Shown here: positions 54,692 to 62,503 of the stretch, piece by piece
How positions within the stretch are numbered: the stretch's first letter is position 1
Layout: the number at the start of each line of letters is the position of its first letter
Assembly (NCBI GenBank): GCA_036394595.1
Contig: DASWEU010000201.1
Span: 395 to 64,394 of the forward strand
Direction: 5' to 3'
DNA length: 64,000 bases
Source: Burkholderiales bacterium
Lineage (GTDB): Bacteria; Pseudomonadota; Gammaproteobacteria; Burkholderiales; SG8-39
Notes under the pieces: model-generated
Database searches by the model: none
Told to the model about the DNA's origin: nothing
Seen by the model: only the letters and a program-made list of their open reading frames with translations
Program-made: the position numbers and the translations under genes

Positions 54692-55492
54692 ATGAGCAAG
54701 CTCGGAAAAAACTCGGGTCGCCGCTGGTTCCTGAAATCCGTCTCGGCCATCGGCGCGGCAATGCCCGCCGCGGCCGCCTTGGGCGCGGATGCGGATCCGC
54801 ACCACGGTCACGGCGCGCAATTGGCGCAGGCGGCGCGGGTGAAAGGGCAGCCGCAACCGCAGGCCTACGGCTGGCTCACGCCGTCGGAGGCCGCGTTCAT
54901 CGAAGCGGCGGTGGCGCGCCTGATTCCCGCCGACGAGCTGGGACCGGGGGCGAAGGAGGCGGGCGTCTCCTTCTTCATCGACCAGCAGCTCGCGGGCGCT
55001 TACGGCACGATGGCGCGCAATTACCGCCAGGGCCCCTGGCCCGAGGGCACGCCGCAGCAGGGCTACCAGTCGCGCCTGACGCCGCAGGAGGTCTACCGCG
55101 CGGTGATCGCTGAAATCGGGGCTGTTTGCGCTTCCCGTTTCAAGCAGTCTTTTGACGAACTTACCGCCTTGCAACAGGATGAAGTGCTGAAAGAAATAGA
55201 AACGGGAAAGTTCGAGCTGCAGTCCGTCTCGAGTTCCTTCTTCTTCAATCTGCTGCTGGCGAACACCATCGAGGGTTTCTTCGCCGACCCGATCTACGGC
55301 GGCAACCGCGACAAGATCGGCTGGAAGCTGGTCGGCTTCCCCGGCGTGGCGGCGGCCTACGGCGAATACATCGAACGGCACAACGTGCCCTATGTCGCCG
55401 TGCCGGTGTCGATCGCGGACGTGCAGCAGCACGTGGCCGAGCTCGACGAGCACGGCCATCCGAAGCACATTCTGCTGTCGAGCAAAGACTGA
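54692..55492 (+). CDS. Gluconate 2-dehydrogenase subunit-3 family protein (Tat signal-bearing small subunit)
   Basis: GRRWFLKSVSAIGAA Tat motif. Conserved EGFFADPIYGGNRD block of the family. Confidence 0.8.
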   Translation: MSKLGKNSGRRWFLKSVSAIGAAMPAAAALGADADPHHGHGAQLAQAARVKGQPQPQAYGWLTPSEAAFIEAAVARLIPADELGPGAKEAGVSFFIDQQLAGAYGTMARNYRQGPWPEGTPQQGYQSRLTPQEVYRAVIAEIGAVCASRFKQSFDELTALQQDEVLKEIETGKFELQSVSSSFFFNLLLANTIEGFFADPIYGGNRDKIGWKLVGFPGVAAAYGEYIERHNVPYVAVPVSIADVQQHVAELDEHGHPKHILLSSKD

Positions 55493-55502
55493 GGGGGCGA
55501 CG

Positions 55503-57266
55503 ATGGCCACCAAGCTGAAAAGCGTCGACGTGGTGATGGTTGGCGTGGGCGTCACCGGCACCATCCTGGCGAAGGAGCTCGCCGAGTCCGGCCTCAAGGT
55601 GGTCGGCATCGAGCGCGGGCAGATGCGCGACACCCATAGCGATTTCCTGATGCCGAACGTGCACGACGAGCTGAAATACCAGCGCCGGCACGACCTGATG
55701 CAGGATCTGTCGCGCGAGACCATCACCTTCCGCAACCAGAAGGACGAGACCGCGCTGCCGATGCGCTACCTCGGCTCGTTCAAGCCCGGCGAGGGCGTGG
55801 GCGGGGCGGGGGTGCACTGGGGCACGCAGACCTGGCGCTTCCTGCCGTGGGATTTCGAGACGCGCAGCCGCACGCTGGCGCGCTACGGCAAGGGCCAACT
55901 CGCCGAAGACTGCACCAGCCAGGACTGGGGCGTGACCTACGACGAGCTCGAGCCGCATTTCACCAAATTCGAATACCTGTACGGCGTCAGCGGCAAGGCG
56001 GGCAACCTCAACGGCAAGATCATCCCCGGCGGCAACCCGTTCGAAGGCCGGCGCTCGCGCGAATACCCGCTGCCGCCGATGAAGACCACGCATGCGAGCG
56101 CGCTGTTTGCCAAGGGCGCCGAGTCGCTGGGCTACAAGCCGTTCCCCACGCCGATGGCGACGCCGTCGGCGGTGTACACCAATCCCTACGGCGTCACCAT
56201 GAACGCCTGCGTCTACTGCGGCTACTGCGAGGGCTTCGCCTGCGAGATGGCGTCCAAGGGGAGCCCGCAGACCACCGTGCTGCCGGTGCTGATGAAGAAC
56301 AAGAACTTCGAGCTGCGCACGCTCGCCAACGTGATCCGGGTCAATCTCGATTCCGCGAAGAAGCGCGCGGTGAGTGTCACCTACGTCGATTCGCGCGGGC
56401 GCGAGTTCGAGCAGCCGGCGGAATTGGTGCTGCTCACCTCCTATGTCTTCAATAATGTCCGCCTCATGCTGCAATCGGGCATCGGCAAGCCCTACGACCC
56501 GATCGCCAATACCGGCGTCGTCGGGCGCAACTACGCGTACCAGACGCCGAGCAGCGTGACGCTGTTCTTCGACGACAAGCACTTCAACAGCTTCATGGGC
56601 GCGGGCGGCCTCGGCAATTCGGTGGACGAATTCAACGGCGACAACTTCGACCACGCCGGTCTCGGCTTCATCGGCGGCGGCTTCATCCGCTCGGTGTCGA
56701 GCGGCTCGCGGCCGATCGAGGTGCGGCCGGTGCCGGCCGGCACGCCGCGCTGGGGCTCGGCCTGGAAGAAGGCCACCGCGCACTACTTCAATCGCGCCTT
56801 CAACCTCGCGCTGCAGGGCGCCTGCCAGAGCTATCGCGGCAACCACCTGGACCTCGATCCGACCTACCGCGACGCCTACGGCCTGCCGCTGCTGCGCATG
56901 ACTTTCGACCGCCACGAGAACGAGCACAAGATGTCGCTCTTCATCACCAACAAGGCGGCCGAGCTCGGCAAGGCGCTCGGGCCGTCGAAGATGAACGTCA
57001 ACCCGCGCGTCGGCAAATACACCATCGTGCCCTATCAGAGCACCCACAACACCGGCGGCGCGGTAATGGGCAACGACCCGGCGACCAGCGCCGTGAATCG
57101 CTATCTGCAAAGCTGGGACGTGCCCAACGTGTTCGTCGTCGGCGCCAGCGCCTTTCCGCAGAACGGCGGCTACAACCCGACCGACACCGTGGGCGCGCTC
57201 ACCTACTGGGCGCTGGATGCGATCAAGAATCGATATCTGAAACGGCCGGGTCTGATTACCGCATGA
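55503..57266 (+). CDS. GMC-family FAD oxidoreductase (gluconate 2-dehydrogenase alpha-like)
   Basis: VDVVMVGVGVTGTILAKELAESG FAD fold and a C-terminal GMC domain with HNTGGAVMG. Confidence 0.85.
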   Translation: MATKLKSVDVVMVGVGVTGTILAKELAESGLKVVGIERGQMRDTHSDFLMPNVHDELKYQRRHDLMQDLSRETITFRNQKDETALPMRYLGSFKPGEGVGGAGVHWGTQTWRFLPWDFETRSRTLARYGKGQLAEDCTSQDWGVTYDELEPHFTKFEYLYGVSGKAGNLNGKIIPGGNPFEGRRSREYPLPPMKTTHASALFAKGAESLGYKPFPTPMATPSAVYTNPYGVTMNACVYCGYCEGFACEMASKGSPQTTVLPVLMKNKNFELRTLANVIRVNLDSAKKRAVSVTYVDSRGREFEQPAELVLLTSYVFNNVRLMLQSGIGKPYDPIANTGVVGRNYAYQTPSSVTLFFDDKHFNSFMGAGGLGNSVDEFNGDNFDHAGLGFIGGGFIRSVSSGSRPIEVRPVPAGTPRWGSAWKKATAHYFNRAFNLALQGACQSYRGNHLDLDPTYRDAYGLPLLRMTFDRHENEHKMSLFITNKAAELGKALGPSKMNVNPRVGKYTIVPYQSTHNTGGAVMGNDPATSAVNRYLQSWDVPNVFVVGASAFPQNGGYNPTDTVGALTYWALDAIKNRYLKRPGLITA

Positions 57267-58204
57267 GAATTTTGATTTTTGTTCTGGTCTTTTTTTATTC
57301 AGGAATCGGTTTTGGTCAAAGCGTAACCCGCATCATCGTTCCCTTCGCCGCGGGCGGCGTGCAGGACTCCCTCGCGCGCTCGATCAGCGCGGAACTCGGC
57401 ACGCTGCTCGGCCGCACGGTCATCGTCGAGAACCGCACCGGCGCCGGCGGCACCATCGGCAACGCGCTGGTGGCGAAGTCGCCCGCGGACGGCTCGACGC
57501 TGGTCCTCTCCGCGGCGAGCCATACCATCACTGGCCACGTCTACGCCAAGCTGCCTTACCACCCGATCAACGACTTCACCGGCGTCGCGCACCTCGGCAC
57601 GGTGGACTACGTACTGATGATCAATGCGGAATTGCCGGCGAAATCCGTATCTGAACTGATTTCTTTTCTTAAAAAAAATCCGGGTAAATTCAACTACGCC
57701 TCCGCGGGCAACGGCAGCGCGACGCACTTGGCGATGGCGTACTTCTGCACCATGGCGGGAATCGAGATGGTGCATATCCCGTTCAAGGCCACCAACGAAG
57801 CGGTGCAGGAGGTGATGACCGGCCGCGCGCAGGCGGTGATTGCTTCGACCATCGGCGCGCTGCCGTTCCTCAAGGAGCCGCGCTTCCGCATGCTCGGCGT
57901 CAGCGGCGAGAAGCGCTCGCGTTTCGCGCCCGACCTGCCGACCATCGCCGAATCGGGCTTGCCCGGCTACGCCTTCGACTCCTGGATGGCGCTGCTCGGA
58001 CCGGCGGGCATCCCCAAGCCGACGGTCGACGCCATCAACGCGGCGGTCGGCACGCTGCTGAAGGACCCGGTGATTCTCGGCCGCCTCGACCGGCAGGGCG
58101 TCGAGCCGCAGGCCATGAGCCCGGAGGTCCTCAACACGCTGTTGCGCAATGACTACGAGAAGATGGGAAAAGTGGTGAGGGCGGCCGGCGCCCGCATCGA
58201 CTAG
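57263..58204 (+). CDS. Bug-family (TctC-like) substrate-binding protein
   Basis: ATGA overlap with the GMC gene. IIVPFAAGGVQD, ENRTGAGG, ADGSTL, HIPFK. Confidence 0.85.
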   Translation: MRILIFVLVFFYSGIGFGQSVTRIIVPFAAGGVQDSLARSISAELGTLLGRTVIVENRTGAGGTIGNALVAKSPADGSTLVLSAASHTITGHVYAKLPYHPINDFTGVAHLGTVDYVLMINAELPAKSVSELISFLKKNPGKFNYASAGNGSATHLAMAYFCTMAGIEMVHIPFKATNEAVQEVMTGRAQAVIASTIGALPFLKEPRFRMLGVSGEKRSRFAPDLPTIAESGLPGYAFDSWMALLGPAGIPKPTVDAINAAVGTLLKDPVILGRLDRQGVEPQAMSPEVLNTLLRNDYEKMGKVVRAAGARID

Positions 58205-58902
58205 CGTCGCGCGGCGAGCAGCCGGGCAAAGTCATCCAGCTCGTTGCGGTTCAGGTCCGATACCAGCCAGTAGCGCATGCCGTCCTGCGCGAAACCCTCG
58301 ACGTTGAAGCCGTCGCGCTGGAAGCTCGCGCGGCCCGCCGCGCCGCTTTCCGGCCGCACGAATACATCGACGACGTGCTGGCGCCGCTTGTACACCAGCA
58401 CTGCCACCGGCTTGCCGTCGAGGGTGTCGAGGCGCGCGCCGGCCAGTTCGAATCCCTCGTTGGAAAGATCCGCCACCGGCGGCGAGTACGCCAGCCGGGC
58501 GCTCAGCCAGGGCTTCACCGTGTGCTGGTCGGCGGAGGCGACGTCGAAGAGCCGGCCGCTGAGCGTCGAGCGCACGTGGCTGGCGACGACTTCGCCCGCG
58601 AGCGAATCGCCGGCGGCAGGGAACTTGACCAGCGCGCCGAGGGCGAAGGCGACGATCGCCACCGTCGCAAAAGCCCCAGCCAGTCTGAAATTCCGGATGG
58701 CCGGCCGTTCCGGCCGGTAAAGGCCGGCGGGCGCCTGGTGATAATCCGCTTTCTCGCGGATCGCGGCCGACAGCTCGCGCTGGCGCTCGCAGGCGGCGCG
58801 CAGCGCCGGATTCGCGGCCATCTGCGCCTCGAACTCGAGGCTCGCCGCGGCGTCGAGCTCGCCGTCGAGGTAGGCGTGCAGCGTCTTGTCTTCGGTTCTC
58901 AT
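58201..58902 (-). CDS. Anti-sigma factor (single-pass membrane)
   Basis: N-terminal LHAYLDGELD anti-sigma motif, a central TM (AGAFATVAIVAFALGAL), and ATGA coupling to the ECF sigma gene. Confidence 0.8.
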   Translation of the reverse strand: MRTEDKTLHAYLDGELDAAASLEFEAQMAANPALRAACERQRELSAAIREKADYHQAPAGLYRPERPAIRNFRLAGAFATVAIVAFALGALVKFPAAGDSLAGEVVASHVRSTLSGRLFDVASADQHTVKPWLSARLAYSPPVADLSNEGFELAGARLDTLDGKPVAVLVYKRRQHVVDVFVRPESGAAGRASFQRDGFNVEGFAQDGMRYWLVSDLNRNELDDFARLLAARR

Positions 58903-59420
58903 TTGTGCAGGCGCAGCCGGGGCGGGGGAGCGATCGCGCGCAGCGACTCGGCAAGCAGCCGGCGCGCGCGCGCGAGGCGCGACATCACGGTGCCGATCGG
59001 GATGCCGGCGATGCGCGCGATATCCCGGTAGGCGAGGTCCTCCAGCTCGCGCAGCACCAGCACCTCGCGGAAGGGCACCGGCAGCGCGGCGATCGCCGCG
59101 TTGACCTTGCGGCGGTCGAGTTCGCGAGCCGCGAGCGCTTCGGGGCCGGGCGCGTCGGATTCCTGCTCCCGTTCGTCGATGGCGACGAGATCGGCGGGCC
59201 GGTTCGCCTCGAGCCAGCTGAAGCAGGCGTTGCGCACGATGGCCAGCAGCCAGGGGCGCGCCTCGCCGCGCAGGCCGTCGAAAAAGCGCAAGGCGCGCAT
59301 CAGCGCCTCCTGCAGGACATCTTGGGCGTCATGGTCGTTGCGGGTGAGCCAGCGCGCGAGGTTGTACGCCGCATTGAGATGCGGCAATACCTGCTGCTCG
59401 AATCTGGCCCGATCGGTCAC
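58899..59420 (-). CDS. ECF-type RNA polymerase sigma-70 factor
   Basis: Region 2 (DAQDVLQEALMRALRFF, WLLAIVRN) and region 4 (REVLVLRELEDLAYRDIARIAGIPIGTVMSRLARAR). GTGA overlap with the upstream gene. Confidence 0.9.
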   Translation of the reverse strand: MTDRARFEQQVLPHLNAAYNLARWLTRNDHDAQDVLQEALMRALRFFDGLRGEARPWLLAIVRNACFSWLEANRPADLVAIDEREQESDAPGPEALAARELDRRKVNAAIAALPVPFREVLVLRELEDLAYRDIARIAGIPIGTVMSRLARARRLLAESLRAIAPPPRLRLHK

Positions 59421-59764
59421 GCAATCACTTTTATCACACCGGTCATATCCTCATGCCCCTCGCCACAGAACACGTCGCAGTGGTATTCGTACTGCCCTGG
59501 GCGCTGCGGCGTGAAGGCGAGGCGCGCGGGCTTGCCGGGCGGGATGTCGGCCTGCAGCTTGAGCTCGGGCAGGCTGAAGCCCATCTCCACGTCCTCGGCG
59601 GTGAGCACGAGCACCACCGGCTCACCCGCCTTGAGCGTCACTTCGGCGGGCGTGAACTCGAACTTGCGCGCCGAGATCGCGACGATGCGGGGCGCCGGCG
59701 CCTGGGCGAGCGCATCCAGGAACAAGCCGCTCGCCAGCAGGCCCAGCGCCGTCCGGCGCCTCAT
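59417..59764 (-). CDS. Secreted cupredoxin-fold protein with CuA-like C-x3-C-x3-H-x2-M motif
   Basis: Signal peptide MRRRTALGLLASGLFLDALAQA and C-terminal YHCDVFCGEGHEDMTG. ATG at 59764 (ATGA overlap); the track ORF start at 60058 is read-through. Confidence 0.7.
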   Translation of the reverse strand: MRRRTALGLLASGLFLDALAQAPAPRIVAISARKFEFTPAEVTLKAGEPVVLVLTAEDVEMGFSLPELKLQADIPPGKPARLAFTPQRPGQYEYHCDVFCGEGHEDMTGVIKVIA

Positions 59765-60648
59765 GCCTTGACCACCGGGAATTCGGTGAGCTTGTACTCG
59801 ACGGGCTGTGTTTCCGCCTCGACCTGGCGGAAGCCGAGACCGCGGTAGGGCTGCGCCGGATCCCAGGCAATCGGCGCACGCTTGGGCACGGAACCCGCCG
59901 CCGGCAGGGGGAAGATGAGCGACTTCGCCGAGTGGTGCTCGATGTGGCCGGTCTTGAAGTGGTTTTCCTGGTGGATGTGGCCATAGAACACCGTGACGTT
60001 GCGGTGGGGCATCAACAGCTCGATGGCGCGCTCGCCGTCGCGCGTCGCCCAGTCCCATTGCGGGTAGAGCGGGAACAGCGGGCGGTGCGTGAGGACGACG
60101 ATGCGCGCTTCGGCCGGCTGTTTCTTGAGGTCGGCCTCGAGCCAGGCGAGTTGCTCGTCGCCGATTTTCGCCGCCGGGTCGGAGACGTTGTCGAGGGCGA
60201 TGAAGTGGACGCCCTTGTGGTCGAAGGTGTAATGGGTCGGCCCGAAGAACTCCCGGTAGGCCTCGCCGCGATCGAGCGAGGCGTCGTGCTCGCCGGGCAT
60301 GAAGCGAACGGTCTTCACGTTCAATTTCGACACGATGCTTTTGAATTCGCCGAGGCGTTTACGCCGTTCGGCGGGGTCGTCGGTGGTGTGGGTGAGGTCG
60401 CCGGTGAAGACGATGAAGTCGGGCTGCGGGTCGAGGGCGTTCACCGCCGCCACCGCCATGGGCAGCGTCTTCGTCGCCTCCGGATTGGGGGCGCCCTGGA
60501 AGCCCCAATGGGTGTCCGAGAGCTGCACGAAGAAGAATTCGTCGGCCGCGGCGGCATAGCCGCCGGCGCCGCGGGCGAGGCCCGAGGCGAACACCACGCC
60601 GCCGAATCCGGCGATTTTGAGGAAGGTCCTGCGGTTCAGGCCGTGCAT
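59761..60648 (-). CDS. Tat-secreted calcineurin-like metallophosphoesterase
   Basis: NRRTFLKIAGFGG Tat motif. QLSDTHWG, FTGDLTH, GEHD, LTHRP and GHIHQ metallophosphatase motifs. Confidence 0.85.
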   Translation of the reverse strand: MHGLNRRTFLKIAGFGGVVFASGLARGAGGYAAAADEFFFVQLSDTHWGFQGAPNPEATKTLPMAVAAVNALDPQPDFIVFTGDLTHTTDDPAERRKRLGEFKSIVSKLNVKTVRFMPGEHDASLDRGEAYREFFGPTHYTFDHKGVHFIALDNVSDPAAKIGDEQLAWLEADLKKQPAEARIVVLTHRPLFPLYPQWDWATRDGERAIELLMPHRNVTVFYGHIHQENHFKTGHIEHHSAKSLIFPLPAAGSVPKRAPIAWDPAQPYRGLGFRQVEAETQPVEYKLTEFPVVKA

Positions 60649-60746
60649 GGGGCTCTCCGGTGGGGGGACATGCCTTGCAAGACCGCCGCCGGCCGGGTTT
60701 TATTCCCGGAACAGGGTATAGTCCGCAGCTTCATTCCGGAGACGCC

Positions 60747-60923
60747 ATGAAACGCAAGTACGGGGCCGCGCTCAAGCGCGAGACCATCGCCGAAGAGAAC
60801 ATGCGCAAGGCCGCGCAGGCCATGAAGGACAACCGCTTCAATTACGGCACCAAGGCCAAGAAGGGCTCGCCGACCCGCGGCAAGCGCCGCGGCTTGGCTT
60901 TCAAGCCCATCTACGCGCGGTAA
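60747..60923 (+). CDS. Small basic protein (58 aa), hypothetical
   Basis: GGAGA RBS. The stop is immediately followed by the GTG of the next gene. Confidence 0.35.
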   Translation: MKRKYGAALKRETIAEENMRKAAQAMKDNRFNYGTKAKKGSPTRGKRRGLAFKPIYAR

Positions 60924-61598
60924 GTGAGCGGCATCCGGGCGCTCGTCTCGCCCGCCATCCGCGCCGCCTGGCTCGAGCTCGCGCCGCGCTTCGAGCAGGC
61001 AAGGGGGCATCGTCTCGACACCGAGTGGGCCGGCATCGCCGCCATCCGCAAGCGGATCGGGGACGGCGAGGTTTTCGACCTGGTGGTCGGGTCGGAAGCT
61101 TCCATCGACGAGCTGGTTGGAAAGAAAAGACTGTCTGGAAAGAAAAATCTCGCCAGGGCCGAAACCGGCGTCGGTGTGCGCAAAGGCGCGCGCAAGCCCG
61201 ACCTTGCCTCGGTCGACGCTTTGAAGCGCGAACTGCGCGCGGCGAAGAAAGTCGGCTATTCCACCGGCCCGAGCGGCGTCTATCTCGCGCAGCTGTTCAA
61301 GCGCTGGGGCATGGAGGCAGAGCTCGCCCCGAAGCTGCTGCTCGCTCCCTCCGGCGTGATGGTCGGCACCTTCATCGCCAGCGGCGAGGTCGAATTCGGT
61401 TTCCAGCAGAAAAGCGAATTGCTGCAGGTCCCCGGCGTCGAGTATGTCGGCCCGCTGCCGAAGGAAATCGGCCTGATCACGCACTTCACGGCAGGCGTTC
61501 CGACTTCAAGACCGGATAACGCCACGGTGAACGACTGGCTTACTTTCTTTAAGTCAGATCATTCCGTGTTGAAGAAGCACGGGCTAGTGCCCGCCTGA
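60924..61598 (+). CDS. ModA-like type II periplasmic-binding-fold protein lacking a signal peptide
   Basis: Paralogous to 61584..62339: shared blocks GVGVRKGARKPD / GVAVRKGAPKPD, YSTGPSGVY / YSDPSGGGASGIY, and EVEFGFQQKSEL / EADIAIQQIPEL. It starts directly with the mature-like sequence. Confidence 0.6.
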   Translation: MSGIRALVSPAIRAAWLELAPRFEQARGHRLDTEWAGIAAIRKRIGDGEVFDLVVGSEASIDELVGKKRLSGKKNLARAETGVGVRKGARKPDLASVDALKRELRAAKKVGYSTGPSGVYLAQLFKRWGMEAELAPKLLLAPSGVMVGTFIASGEVEFGFQQKSELLQVPGVEYVGPLPKEIGLITHFTAGVPTSRPDNATVNDWLTFFKSDHSVLKKHGLVPA

Positions 61599-62339
61599 CC
61601 CCTCGAAGCCGAGGGCCTTGAGCTTCATCGCTGTCTCGTGCGAGGCGAGGAAGTCCACCAAAGCGCGTGACGCGGCCGCGTCCGTGCTGGAGGCCAGCAC
61701 GCCGGCGGCAAACACGGTGGTGTTCTGAATTTCGGCCGGCAACGGCCCGATGACCTCGGCGCCCTTGACCGACATCAGCTCGGGGATTTGCTGGATGGCG
61801 ATGTCGGCTTCGCCCTTGACGACGAATTCGGCGTTGGGCACGCCCTTGCCGCGCACGGCGCGCGCGTTGACCAGCGGCGCGATGCCGAACTTGTCGAGCA
61901 GCTGGACGAAGTAGATGCCGCTCGCGCCGCCACCCGACGGGTCGGAATAGGCGACGCGGTTCGAGAGCAGCGCCTGCTTGAACGCCTCGACGGTGGAGAT
62001 GTCGGGCTTCGGCGCACCCTTGCGCACCGCCACGCCCATGCCGGACTTCGCGAATTCGCGCCCGGTGCCCGCGAGGCGGCCTTCCTTCGCCAGGCTGTCC
62101 ACGCCCGCGGCGGTGCTGACCAGCACGTCGGCGGTGTCGCCGGCGGAGAGCCGCTTGGCGAGGGCGCCCGAGGTGGCGAGCACCAGATTGAGCTTGTGGC
62201 CGCGCGCCTCGAAGGCGGGCTTCAGGTCGTGCCAGGCCTCGGTCATGGCGATGGTGCTGTAGACGGTCAGTTCCGCCCCGGCAACGGCGGCGGCGTGGAT
62301 TGAAAGCAGTGCAGCAATGGCAAACCTGATCATGTTCAC
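61584..62339 (-). CDS. ModA-like periplasmic substrate-binding protein (molybdate/tungstate-binding-fold family)
   Basis: Signal peptide MNMIRFAIAALLSIHAAAVAGA, then the LTVYSTIAMTEAW... PBP type II fold. Confidence 0.7.
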   Translation of the reverse strand: MNMIRFAIAALLSIHAAAVAGAELTVYSTIAMTEAWHDLKPAFEARGHKLNLVLATSGALAKRLSAGDTADVLVSTAAGVDSLAKEGRLAGTGREFAKSGMGVAVRKGAPKPDISTVEAFKQALLSNRVAYSDPSGGGASGIYFVQLLDKFGIAPLVNARAVRGKGVPNAEFVVKGEADIAIQQIPELMSVKGAEVIGPLPAEIQNTTVFAAGVLASSTDAAASRALVDFLASHETAMKLKALGFEGSGGH

Positions 62340-62503
62340 CTCCTTACGCTAACTGTACACGTTACATTGACTGCAGTACCGGCTCGGCACCGACTTGCAG
62401 CCCGCTAGACTTGGAACGCCAGCCCGGACCCGATACCATTGGAGCGGCGACGACCCCGGCCCCCGCATAGTTCCCGACCGGGTCACCTACTGCAGGAGGA
62501 GGC

